Origin: Puniceicoccales bacterium
GTDB taxonomy: Bacteria > Verrucomicrobiota > Verrucomicrobiia > Opitutales > JAIRLG01
NCBI GenBank assembly: GCA_031288595.1
Contig: JAITRB010000007.1
Coordinates: 30,001 to 62,000, forward strand
DNA: 32,000 nt
Direction of reading: 5' to 3'
The notes beneath the pieces are model-generated. The model made no database searches. It had not been told where the DNA came from and saw nothing but the letters and a program-made list of their open reading frames with translations. The translations under genes were made by a program, and so were the position numbers. Below are positions 9,547-19,782 of the stretch, in pieces. Position 1 is the stretch's first letter, and each line of letters opens with the position of its first letter.

Positions 9547-10464
9547 CTACGCTTCCCGATGGCGGGGATTTAGATAGGCCAGGAGGATGTCGCTGACAAA
9601 GTTGAGGGTGATGACAGCGGTGGCGTAGAGAATCGTAATACCTAGGATGAGGGTTGTGTCGCGATTGCTGATGGACTGTACCAAAAGCCGTCCCATGCCC
9701 GGCACCTGGAAGACCGTTTCGACGATGAAGGAACCGGTGATCAACCCGGCCACAGTAGGCCCTAGAAAGGCGATGACCGACTGGATACCGTTGCGCAGGG
9801 TGTGGAAGAGGAAGATGCGTCCCTCAGACAGGCCGCGGGCCCGGGCTGCCCGGATGTAGTCCTTCTGCAGCACTTGGGAAAGTCCATTGCGGGTCAGACG
9901 GGCGATGTAGGCAGCGTAGACCAGGCCCAGCGTGAGCGCGGGGAGGATCTTCTGATTCCAGTTCTCCCAGCCGGTGCAGGCCACCCAGTGGAGTCGGTAG
10001 GCAAAGATATAGGCGAAGAGCGGACCCATGACGAAGGTGGGGAGGCAGATGCCGAACATCGCGAGGCCCATGCAGCCCGTGTCGACCCAGCTATGGGGAT
10101 GAAAGGCGCTGAACGAGCCCAAGACGAGACCCAGCACGAGAGCCACCAGCAGCGCATAGCCACCGAGCTCGACACTGACCAGGATTTTCTGCTGGACAAG
10201 TTCCTTTACGTCCCAGCCAGCATATTTGTAGGAAGGGCCTAGGTCACCTTGGAAAAGCCGGAACAGGTAGCGCCCGTACTGCTGCAGCGGACTGGCGTTG
10301 AGACCGTAGCGCTCGTTCATGGCCGCCTGGATTTCCGGTGGTACCCGTCTCTCCGCGTCAAAGGGCCCTCCCGGGGCCATCTGGGTTAGGAAAAAGGTCA
10401 TGGTGATGACGCAGAAGAGTACTGCCAGTGTCAAAATCAGTCGTTTGAAAAGGAACCGAAACAT
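9547..10464 (-). CDS. ABC transporter permease, OppB/DppB family
   Basis: 305 aa with the typical N-terminus (LKRLILTL...FFLTQMAPGGPFD), six predicted TM segments and an EAA-type loop region (YIRAARARGLSEGRIFLFHTLRNG). Confidence 0.9.
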   Translation of the reverse strand: MFRFLFKRLILTLAVLFCVITMTFFLTQMAPGGPFDAERRVPPEIQAAMNERYGLNASPLQQYGRYLFRLFQGDLGPSYKYAGWDVKELVQQKILVSVELGGYALLVALVLGLVLGSFSAFHPHSWVDTGCMGLAMFGICLPTFVMGPLFAYIFAYRLHWVACTGWENWNQKILPALTLGLVYAAYIARLTRNGLSQVLQKDYIRAARARGLSEGRIFLFHTLRNGIQSVIAFLGPTVAGLITGSFIVETVFQVPGMGRLLVQSISNRDTTLILGITILYATAVITLNFVSDILLAYLNPRHREA

Positions 10465-10470
10465 GTTGTT

Positions 10471-11454
10471 TTAGAGGTAGCGGATGAAGGCCTTGACCCG
10501 TAATTCCTGAATCCAGCGCTCGTAGCGTTCCTGCTGCCGCTGCTCCAGAAGGTTTTCCTGAAGCGAGGCGTAGACCTCAGGTAAGGCTTTCCTGTGGGCC
10601 GGCTGCTGCCCGCTCAGGTGGAGCAGGACGAAGGCCTGGGGGAGCTCCAGCCAGGGTGTATTCTCACCCTCGCCGAGTTCCTGAACGGCCTCCTGTAGCT
10701 CCGGCCGCAGGTCATCCAGTGCTGTCCAGCCGGGATTCTGGTACTGAAGGGCCGGCATTTCCCTCTGCCAGAGAAGACAGTTCTTGGCCAAGTCATTCCC
10801 GGATTGCCATGTCTTTAGCAGGGACGCGAGCTGTGGCCGGAGCGAATCCCTTTCCGCCTCATCCCTATAGGGCATGATGGCCTCTTGCAGCTGCAGCTGC
10901 GCCTTCTGGTAAGATTCCTCCGGGTGCAGGCGGTAGTGGTCCATGAGCTCCGAAGGGCAGATGGGGTCTTTGATCTGCTCCTGTCGCATGAAGTGGACGA
11001 TGGCGTGCTGGCGGATTTCCTCCTTGAGCTCCTGGATGGACTTGCCGTGCTGGTGGAGGTAATCCGCGAGGAGTCGCCGCTGATTGTGGAAGCGATTCTG
11101 GAGATGTTCCTGGTAACGCTGCTCGACGAAGGAGGGGGGAATCTTCCCCTTCCGGCCTTCGAAGTCCCTGACGATGAGCCGGCGATCGATCATTTCGTCC
11201 AAATGCTGCCGAAGGGACTTGGGATCGCCCGCCATTCGGGTCTCCGTTTCAGGAGTGGCCTGCGCTGCCTGATGGTTCTGCTCCAGCTGCCAGGAAGTAA
11301 TGGCTTGATCCTCCACGAGGGCGACGAGGCGGTTGGAAAAGGACGAGGGCAAAGCATCTGAGCTCGACAGCCCCAGTGCGCATATCACGGACATGAGGGA
11401 TGACCGACACTGCATGGTGCTTCCGAACGCTGAGGAGATTATTCCGCGTTTCAA
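10471..11454 (-). CDS. SurA-like periplasmic chaperone / peptidyl-prolyl isomerase family protein
   Basis: 327 aa with a signal-peptide-like N-terminus (possible later starts at 11415 or 11394). There is a SurA N-domain-like pattern (LDEMIDRRLIVRDF...) and a C-terminal helix (WIQELRVKAFIRYL). Any parvulin domain is degenerate. It ends 6 nt before the permease gene. Confidence 0.55.
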   Translation of the reverse strand: MKRGIISSAFGSTMQCRSSLMSVICALGLSSSDALPSSFSNRLVALVEDQAITSWQLEQNHQAAQATPETETRMAGDPKSLRQHLDEMIDRRLIVRDFEGRKGKIPPSFVEQRYQEHLQNRFHNQRRLLADYLHQHGKSIQELKEEIRQHAIVHFMRQEQIKDPICPSELMDHYRLHPEESYQKAQLQLQEAIMPYRDEAERDSLRPQLASLLKTWQSGNDLAKNCLLWQREMPALQYQNPGWTALDDLRPELQEAVQELGEGENTPWLELPQAFVLLHLSGQQPAHRKALPEVYASLQENLLEQRQQERYERWIQELRVKAFIRYL

Positions 11455-11592
11455 GGAGAAAAAGGACCGAGGGTGTGTGGCTGTCTTTGGATTCCGGAGG
11501 AATCACCCACGGAGTGGGTATCCGCCAGGCTGCAGCCTGGCGGCAAAGACAGCCACAGATAGCCGGTACGAGGCCTGGGTTCTGAAACGGTA

Positions 11593-13539
<1,947 letters not shown>

Positions 13540-13717
13540 GGGAGATAAGTATACACAGAAAATTCTCCCCTGGGCAATCCAGAAGCAGCGGTGTGGATGA
13601 AAAGAGTATCCGAGCGACCGAAAATGAAGCGGCGCAGCGGATTTATTCAGAAGGGCCAGGCTTCTCCTTTCGATTTTAGGGAGCTTGGGCTAGGGGAAAC
13701 TGGCCGTGATCTTTTTC

Positions 13718-13813
13718 CTGCCGGCTTTCGATTCCCAAGGAATCTCGCCCGCTTCGCGGGCTCCCCTGAGGGCCCAGGACGTCGTCCTGGGCCCTCAGGG
13801 GGAAAGCCGGCAG
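13718..13813 (+). repeat. cloverleaf-type intergenic palindromic element, copy E (subfamily E/F)
   Basis: Perfect 12-bp closing stem ctgccggctttc / gaaagccggcag (13718-13729 / 13802-13813). It encloses gattcc-caa-ggaatc (13730-13744), gcccgc-ttc-gcgggc (13747-13761) and a perfect 18-bp hairpin (13763-13801). Confidence 0.8.
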
Positions 13814-13967
13814 CTCTCCCAGGACCCTTCCCCTATCTGCCAAATCCTCCCTGCGCCAATCGCGGCCTTCTACGAACTCTCCTCATCCTTCTACGAGCGC
13901 TTTTCCTGTAACGGCTCTTCCTCCCTTGGAACTTGACAATGGAAGCTCGAAAATACTCTCCTGCACT

Positions 13968-14192
13968 GTGAGAGATGATTATTTAAAGCTGGCACAGGAG
14001 AGAGTCGATGATCCGCGCATCCTGGTCAATCTCATATCCCAGCGGGTACGCCAGTTGCGCTTCGGGGCAAGACCGCTGGTCGAGACCCTGGAACGCCTGG
14101 ATCCGGAGGATTTGGCGCTGCGGGAGATCATGGCCGGCAAGATTTCCTACGAACTGCCCGGTGCCGTGAGCTCTTCGCCGGAAGAGAGCTGA
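13968..14192 (+). CDS. rpoZ: DNA-directed RNA polymerase subunit omega
   Basis: The conserved omega core is present (RILVNLISQRVRQLRFGARPLV ... DLALREIMAGKI). There is no in-frame ATG. I prefer the GTG at 13968 (74 aa); the track's TTG at 13926 is the alternative. Confidence 0.85.
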   Translation: MRDDYLKLAQERVDDPRILVNLISQRVRQLRFGARPLVETLERLDPEDLALREIMAGKISYELPGAVSSSPEES

Positions 14193-14290
14193 GCCCGTTC
14201 CCCTTCTCGAGGGTATTTCTTCCTCGTTTTATCGGCGTCTCTCAAAGCGCGGGTTGACGCTGTCTCCGCTCTGGCCACGCTGGGTGCCCC

Positions 14291-14755
14291 ATGGTGGAAA
14301 TTCTCAACCGCAAGGCCTCTCACCGCTACCTGATCGGAAATACTTTTGTCGCGGGAATCGTGCTGCAGGGCACGGAGGTGAAATCCATCCGGGCCGGTAA
14401 GGCCCAGATTGCCGATGCTTTTGTCACCATCGACCGCTTGGGGAATGCCCATCTGCTCAATGCGCACATCGAGAGCTATGCCTTTGGCCATTCCCAGAAC
14501 CATCTTCCGGACCGCTCGCGCCGCCTGCTCCTGCACCGGGGGGAGATCCAGAAGCTGCGCGAGGCCATTGAGCAGGAGGGGCAGTCCGTCATCCCGCTCA
14601 AACTCTATTTCGAGCGCAGCTGGGCGAAGCTGCTGGTGGCGGTTTGTCGAGGCAAGAAGCTGCATGACAGTCGCGAATCCTTGAAGGAGAAGACGGTTCA
14701 GCGCGAGACGGAGCGCTTTCTGAAAAGGAGGATAAGCGGCGGCAGGAATGGATGA
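14291..14755 (+). CDS. smpB: SsrA-binding protein SmpB
   Basis: 154 aa with a typical SmpB sequence (NRKASHRYLIGNTFVAGIVLQGTEVKSIR ... RRLLLHRGEIQKL ... GQSVIPLKLYF) and a basic C-terminal tail. Confidence 0.95.
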   Translation: MVEILNRKASHRYLIGNTFVAGIVLQGTEVKSIRAGKAQIADAFVTIDRLGNAHLLNAHIESYAFGHSQNHLPDRSRRLLLHRGEIQKLREAIEQEGQSVIPLKLYFERSWAKLLVAVCRGKKLHDSRESLKEKTVQRETERFLKRRISGGRNG

Positions 14756-14777
14756 AACCCCCTTTCCTAAAAAATCC

Positions 14778-14805
14778 AAGACCCCGGCCCATCCGGGTCT
14801 TTTTT
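14778..14805 (+). terminator. putative intrinsic terminator after smpB
   Basis: GC-rich hairpin aagacc(c)gg-cccat-ccgggtctt with one bulged C, running into a T6 tract. It lies about 25 nt after the smpB stop. Confidence 0.55.
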
Positions 14806-15031
14806 GAGGCTGGAGGCCTGCGCCAGCTGCAGCATCTCCTCCCCAAGAGCGGGGAAGCGATGATGGCTAGGAGCCCGGAGTCGGAGAAGGGGAGAGGCGC
14901 AAGGTCGGCAATTCCCTAGCACTTCCGCTGATTGGCCGGAGATTAGCAGAGGCTGAAACGTAAAAAAGTTTTACATGAAGCGGAAACTTCTTATACTGCC
15001 ACTACATTTTTTGTTTTTTGGGAATTTTCTC

Positions 15032-15059
15032 TTGACGCAAGGGGGAAGGCCTCTACACC
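15032..15059 (+). promoter_or_regulatory. possible sigma70-type promoter for rpsT
   Basis: TTGACG (15032-15037), a 16-nt spacer, then TACACC (15054-15059), preceded by a T-rich UP-like tract. The ATG is at 15075. The -10 element is weak, so this is tentative. Confidence 0.3.
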
Positions 15060-15074
15060 TGATGCCCGTTAAAG

Positions 15075-15326
15075 ATGGCAAATAAGAAGGCATCTCTGAA
15101 AAGCATCCGCCAGGCAGCAGTGCGGACGAGGAGCAATACCAGTGCCCTGAGTCGGCTCAAGACCTTGGCGAAAAAAGTGGCCGCCCTCGCCGGAGCAGAG
15201 CCGGAGAAGAGGCGTGAGGCAGCTATTCGCTATGTCTCGGCGATGGATAAGGCTCAAAAGGTCGGCCTCATTCATGCTCACAAATCGGCCCGCTGCAAAT
15301 CCATTATGGCTGCGTATATATTTTAG
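15075..15326 (+). CDS. rpsT: 30S ribosomal protein S20
   Basis: 83 aa, very basic, with the typical S20 N-terminus MANKKASLKSIRQAAVRTRSN. Confidence 0.95.
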   Translation: MANKKASLKSIRQAAVRTRSNTSALSRLKTLAKKVAALAGAEPEKRREAAIRYVSAMDKAQKVGLIHAHKSARCKSIMAAYIF

Positions 15327-15378
15327 ACTTTTAGGAGATCTAAAGTGTCTCCTAAATATACCATCCATATCCCATCCA

Positions 15379-15411
15379 GCCCCTGGTACTCCGTACTGGG
15401 GGCATTTTTTT
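15379..15411 (+). terminator. intrinsic terminator downstream of rpsT
   Basis: 11-bp stem gcccctggtac-tcc-gtactgggggc (two G-U pairs) followed by a-ttttttt. A weaker 8-bp hairpin (15331-15355, ttaggaga...tctcctaa) lies just after the stop codon. Confidence 0.7.
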
Positions 15412-15776
15412 ATGATTTATTCGGGGGACTTCTACGAGGGATTTTTTTCTGGACTCCTGCTCCAGCATCCAGCCCTGGCCGCGCGTCCCAGGGGGGCGAT
15501 GGCTTTTCAGCCTAGACCGCTCCTGAAGCACCCCGACCCGTATCGAGCTGAGCCTTCGGTGGCCATGCCGGCTGTCTGGTCGTCTCTTTCGGTCCGGGAA
15601 GAGGGAGAACTTGCCTATTCGTCTCCAGGAATATCCGGAGCCAGCTCGTGGAGAGTTTGAGAAGAAATGGGGAATAGAGGCAAAGGCCAATATCCTGAAG
15701 ACCGATACGGTAGACAGCGCAGAGCACTTTCTCCAAGAAAACCTGTTGGCTTGGTGCTAGCCCTCTTCGGTTTTTC

Positions 15777-15861
15777 TGGTGCTCAGGAGGGGATTTGAAC
15801 CCCTACACCTTGCGGCATACGCCCCTCAAGCGTACGTGTCTACCGATTCCACCACCTGAGC
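15777..15861 (-). tRNA. tRNA-Leu (anticodon GAG), CCA encoded
   Basis: The reverse complement folds as a class II tRNA. It has a 7-bp acceptor stem (GCTCAGG/CCTGAGC) and a 3-bp D stem. The anticodon stem TACGC/GCGTA carries the loop TT-GAG-GG. There is a 13-nt variable arm, a T arm AGGGG-TTCAAAT-CCCCT, discriminator A and a terminal CCA. Confidence 0.9.
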
Positions 15862-15989
15862 CACGCTTCCTCCGCCGAAGGAAGAAGGTGCCAGCTATTG
15901 ACGGGGATTGACATTTGTTCGCAACAAAAAAGGTTGTGTGGAGAACGATTTTCCGGATGTTTCCAGACAGTCCATCGGGAAGGTGTGTT

Positions 15990-17630
15990 ATGGGAGATAT
16001 TACGAACGGCCAAGCGGGCGAGGAAGAGGAGGCGAAGGAAGCGCTGTCGGACTTTCAGAAGAGCCTCGAGGCGATTCAGTTCGCTCCCGAGTGGACACAG
16101 CGGCCGGAACGCCGAGCATATCGTGCCTCCGAGCCCACCGGCGACCCTCGGAGCCATCGGCCAAAAAGTTCTTTCTCTTCACCAAAGGACCGACGTCCCC
16201 ACTTCGAACGGCACAGTGGGAGCGAGAGGACGCGTCCTCCTTACGACCGGAGGGAGAGGAATCCGGGCTACCGCGGAGAATTCAGAAGCACTGAGACAAA
16301 GCCCCGAGAGCTCTTTGAGCCCATCATCGATGCGGCCTTTTATCCGGAGGACAAGGCAGTGGAATTACTCGTCTCGACGCTTCGCAGTTCGGGCAAGACC
16401 TATGAATTATTTCATCTCACCCAGCTGATCCTGGAAAAGCCGGAGCGCTTCGTCGTGGTCATACGGCGCCGACCGGAGAGCCATGGGGAGATCCTGCCGC
16501 TCTACCTCTCGCTCCTCGATAACCTCCCCTTCGAGAGCGAGAGGGAAACGCTGAACTATATCCTACAGCAGCATCTGGACGAGTTCTTCTCCATCGAAGA
16601 GCTGGATATCGAGCCGCCGAAAGGAAAATTCTCCTGTGTGCACCGCTGCGGACTCACGAAGAAACTGCTCGCAGCGCCCAATGACCACCGCTACAAGGAG
16701 ATTCTCCGCGAGCATTTTCAGAACGAGATCCGTGACCTGAGCTACGAAAATTTCTGCTCCCGCATCGAGACAACGCAGGAGAAGGCCGACATTCAAGCCT
16801 GGATCGAACAGATGTCGCACCGCAAGGTCTATATACCGAGGGAATTGCCCGAGGGGGTAGTGGAGCCCGTGCGACTGGAGTCTCTGAACGACGTCCGGCA
16901 GTACTGTCTGGACCACTTTCGCGAGCGCCTGATCCGCTCCTCCTCCAGTTTGCGGATTTCGGGATCGGCCCTGGCGCACCTTCCCCTGCGGCGGATTCGG
17001 CGTTCCATCGAGCTCCTCTGGCAACAGCAGCGGCGCTTCCCTTGGGAAACCGCCCATAACCTGTGGGGATGCTTGCGTCGGGCGCATTGCTGGCTCTACC
17101 GAAAAAAGGTCGGCGATAAGCTCATCACGTTCGCCTGCGCCGTGAAGCGCAAGATTCGGACCGGTAAGGAGGTATTCGAGCCGGAAATCCGATCGGTGCT
17201 CACCTGGCTCGAGGCCCATCCTATGTCCACGCGTCAGGAATTGGCGGCGGAAGGGATGCCTCAGGCGGTTCAGGAGCTCACCTGGTTGATCCAGGCCGGT
17301 TTCGTGACGGAGTTCGAGGATGGCCGGCTATTCCTGCCGAAGGTCATGGCCGAGCCTGTCCGGAAGGCGGCTTCGGAGGAGAACAGCGGGATCTCTAGCC
17401 CTCAGGAAAGCGAACTGGGGGAAATTTTGGACGAGGGCCTATCGGCGGAGGGAGACGAGAGCATTGCGGCCCCTGAGCCTGTATCGCCTGAGCCAACTCA
17501 GGGGATCTCGCTTGAGCCAACGGCCCTTGCGGAGCTGCCACCGAAGGAACTCAGCGTGCCGGAGGAGCTCCCGACAGCGCTCGCCCTGCCCATGGAATCC
17601 ATCGAGTCGGAGGAAGAGAAGGGAAGCTGA
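15990..17630 (+). CDS. hypothetical protein with Arg/Pro-rich N-terminal region and acidic C-terminal tail
   Basis: Long ORF (the track starts at 15915). The ATG at 15990 is preceded by GGGAAGG. The N-terminal ~110 aa are low complexity (RPERRAYR...DRRERNPGYRGEFR). The central ~350 aa look globular. The C-terminal ~90 aa are acidic and Pro/Glu/Ser-rich. No family recognised. Confidence 0.75.
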   Translation: MGDITNGQAGEEEEAKEALSDFQKSLEAIQFAPEWTQRPERRAYRASEPTGDPRSHRPKSSFSSPKDRRPHFERHSGSERTRPPYDRRERNPGYRGEFRSTETKPRELFEPIIDAAFYPEDKAVELLVSTLRSSGKTYELFHLTQLILEKPERFVVVIRRRPESHGEILPLYLSLLDNLPFESERETLNYILQQHLDEFFSIEELDIEPPKGKFSCVHRCGLTKKLLAAPNDHRYKEILREHFQNEIRDLSYENFCSRIETTQEKADIQAWIEQMSHRKVYIPRELPEGVVEPVRLESLNDVRQYCLDHFRERLIRSSSSLRISGSALAHLPLRRIRRSIELLWQQQRRFPWETAHNLWGCLRRAHCWLYRKKVGDKLITFACAVKRKIRTGKEVFEPEIRSVLTWLEAHPMSTRQELAAEGMPQAVQELTWLIQAGFVTEFEDGRLFLPKVMAEPVRKAASEENSGISSPQESELGEILDEGLSAEGDESIAAPEPVSPEPTQGISLEPTALAELPPKELSVPEELPTALALPMESIESEEEKGS

Positions 17631-17648
17631 TTCCCTATCCTGTTTTCC

Positions 17649-18803
17649 ATGGAAGCGGGGATTCCCTATGATCGTCACCATCCCTTTGAAGCGACCCTGC
17701 TGTCCCGTCGTTCCCTCTGCCGCGGCGAAACGGAGCGGGAAGCCTATCACCTAGTTATCGATATCCGTAGGAGCCAGTGGCACTACAGCTGCGGCGATTC
17801 CTTGGCCATTTTGCCCCAAAATGATCCCAGGTGCGTGTCTGACCTCTTGCAAAGGCTCTGTCTGGAGCCATTGACCCTCATCACACTGCCGTCTTCCGGT
17901 GTTCCAAAGCCCCTGCGCTTGGTACTGGAGGAAGAGCTCTGCCTCAACCATCTCCCGAAGTCTTTCTGGGAATTTCTGCGCCGGAGGGTGGCAAAGGATG
18001 GCGAGCTTTACCGGAAAATCCCTGTTGGCGAGAGCGAGGGATGGGAGAATTTTCTCAAGAATCACACGTTGGCGAAGGCGCTGGAACTGTTTCCCGATTT
18101 TCGCTGCACGGCCCAGGAGCTAGTCGAGCATCTGCGCCCCATGCTCCCACGCCTCTACTCCATCGCCTCCGCACCGACCCTCTTCCCCGAAGAGGTTCAT
18201 CTGGCCATCGTGATGGTGAAGTACGAGGACATTTACGGAGAAAAGCGCCACGGCGTCGCCACTCGCTACCTCTCACCGGAAGGGATACCGGTCGGCGGGC
18301 GCTGCCGCTGCTTTCTCGTGCGTTCCCATTTCCGCCTTCCGGAGGACATTCGGCGTGACATGATCCTGGTCGGCCCGGGCACCGGCGTCGCACCTTTTCG
18401 CGGTTTCATCTGGGAATACGCCGCCCAGCGGGAAGCTGGGAAGGAAACAGGCCGGACCTGGCTCTTCTTTGGCAGCCTCCGAAGGCATTCCCATTTCTAT
18501 TACCAGGAAGAATGGGAGGAGCTGATGGCCCGAGGGGTTCTCACCCATTTGGACTGCGCCTTTTCCCGCGACCAGGCAGAGAAAATCTATGTCCAACATC
18601 GGCTGCTGGAGCACGGGCCGGAACTGGCCCGATGGATTTTGGGAGGAGCTCATTTCTACATCTGTGGCGACGCAAGTCACATGGCCAAGGATGTCGAGGC
18701 TGCCCTGCTCCAAATCCTGTCGGTCCATGCTCATCTGTCGGATCCCGGAGATTATTTGCGGACGATGCGCCGCGAGAAGCGTTACCAGAAGGACGTCTAT
18801 TGA
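17649..18803 (+). CDS. CysJ/CPR-type FAD- and NADPH-binding reductase (FNR-like module only, no flavodoxin domain)
   Basis: 384 aa with the FAD-binding motif RLYSIASAP, the NADPH-binding motif LVGPGTGVAPFRGF, YICGDASHMAKDVEAAL, and the family-typical C-terminus RYQKDVY. Confidence 0.85.
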   Translation: MEAGIPYDRHHPFEATLLSRRSLCRGETEREAYHLVIDIRRSQWHYSCGDSLAILPQNDPRCVSDLLQRLCLEPLTLITLPSSGVPKPLRLVLEEELCLNHLPKSFWEFLRRRVAKDGELYRKIPVGESEGWENFLKNHTLAKALELFPDFRCTAQELVEHLRPMLPRLYSIASAPTLFPEEVHLAIVMVKYEDIYGEKRHGVATRYLSPEGIPVGGRCRCFLVRSHFRLPEDIRRDMILVGPGTGVAPFRGFIWEYAAQREAGKETGRTWLFFGSLRRHSHFYYQEEWEELMARGVLTHLDCAFSRDQAEKIYVQHRLLEHGPELARWILGGAHFYICGDASHMAKDVEAALLQILSVHAHLSDPGDYLRTMRREKRYQKDVY

Positions 18804-18870
18804 GCAGCCCAGGGAAGTCCTTGTTTCCCGAGTGATGGGGCGAGGGGAACTGCGGGAGAAAGGGTGTGTG

Positions 18871-18984
18871 CCTGGCTTTGCCGCCTTGGTGACGGAGAGG
18901 GAGAGGAAAGCTTGCCTCTCCCTCTCCGTCGCGGCCCGCGGAGCGGGCCGTGGGCCCTGCGGGCCCCCAAGGCGGCAAAGCAGG
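18871..18984 (-). repeat. cloverleaf-type intergenic palindromic element, copy D (subfamily C/D)
   Basis: Closing stem 18871-18889 / 18967-18984 (18 bp with one bulged G). It encloses a perfect 16-bp hairpin (18891-18930), a perfect 8-bp hairpin cggcccgc-gga-gcgggccg (18932-18950) and gggccc-tgc-gggccc (18952-18966). It shares a 17-nt identical hairpin core with copy C. It lies 36 nt downstream of the thyX stop on the minus strand. Confidence 0.8.
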
Positions 18985-19020
18985 GACTGATCTGGGAGCT
19001 TTTAAGCCCCTGGGGCGTGC

Positions 19021-19782
19021 TTATTCGCCGTCGGGCTTTTCGGTTTTGGGAGGCTGGAACGGCGGCTTTCGGCCGCAGCTGAAGGCGGGGGATTCGAAGC
19101 AAACTCCCCATTGTTCGCAGGAGGGGCCGGCGTGGCTGAAAAGAGTAGGAGAGATATTTTGGACCCATTGCCCCATGCGCCGGGCCAGGGCACGGATTTC
19201 CCACTGGGCACGGCTACAGCAGCGGAGCTGAAGAAAGTGGAGCAGCGAGCGCGCATTGAAGGTGGCGACCAGCTTCGTCTCGGCGGCGTTGGGCAGGACA
19301 AAACGGGCATCCTCGTTTGCCGATTCCCTTTTGCATCCGCTTTTCTGCATCCGCTCGCGCAGGCGTGCATAGGTCTCGCCGGCTTGGCGCATGAAGGCCT
19401 CATAGAGCCTTTTGGCCTCTTCATCTCGGGCGATGGAGGGGGGGAGGATGTAGTCCAATTCCTCCCCTTCGGCGCAATAGCGCTGGCTCTGCTGAGAATA
19501 GGAGGCTATCCGGTGGCGGATGAGTTGGTGCGAACAGGCCCGGGAGATCCCCTCGATGGCGAAGGTGAAACTGACATGTTCCAGCGGCGAGGCATGCCCC
19601 ATCATCAGGACGTTCTGCAAAAAATGCTCCCGCTCTTCGGCGGAGATCTTTCCGGCTCTCCGCGGCTGCACGACTGTGTCCATCACGAAGCCGGAGCTGT
19701 AGCACTGCCGAAAAGCGGCGAAGACGATGTCCTCGGCGTCAGGGGTATGGGCCAGCAATTCCACGTGCAGGATTTTCCGCAT
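19021..19782 (-). CDS. thyX: FAD-dependent thymidylate synthase ThyX
   Basis: 253 aa with the ThyX signature RHRIASYSQQSQRY and the conserved N-terminal and C-terminal blocks. Confidence 0.95.
   Translation of the reverse strand: MRKILHVELLAHTPDAEDIVFAAFRQCYSSGFVMDTVVQPRRAGKISAEEREHFLQNVLMMGHASPLEHVSFTFAIEGISRACSHQLIRHRIASYSQQSQRYCAEGEELDYILPPSIARDEEAKRLYEAFMRQAGETYARLRERMQKSGCKRESANEDARFVLPNAAETKLVATFNARSLLHFLQLRCCSRAQWEIRALARRMGQWVQNISPTLFSHAGPSCEQWGVCFESPAFSCGRKPPFQPPKTEKPDGE

Noticed and set aside
13866-13896. 10-nt direct repeat ccttctacga occurring twice, 21 nt apart
   Set aside because: It is short, occurs only in this single pair, and has no associated structure or spacing pattern. 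This is compatible with chance or a minor slippage duplication.
13933-13938. TTGACA hexamers at 13933 (upstream of rpoZ) and 28440 (upstream of the ABC fusion gene) as -35 promoter elements
   Set aside because: No acceptable -10 hexamer lies at 16-18 nt spacing (the best candidates are at 13-15 nt). The first would leave almost no 5' UTR. The evidence is too weak to report as features.
14147-14779. 210-aa minus-strand ORF
   Set aside because: It completely overlaps smpB on the opposite strand, and smpB is clearly the real gene.
14193-15074. Searched for a tmRNA (ssrA) gene next to smpB
   Set aside because: There is no tRNA-Ala-like acceptor/T-arm end and no tag-reading-frame signature on either strand. 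ssrA is presumably elsewhere.
17649-19782. Functional link between the FNR-like reductase and ThyX (a flavin-reduction partner)
   Set aside because: The genes are convergent, separated by a repeat element, and not co-transcribed. ThyX oxidises NADPH itself, so adjacency is probably incidental.
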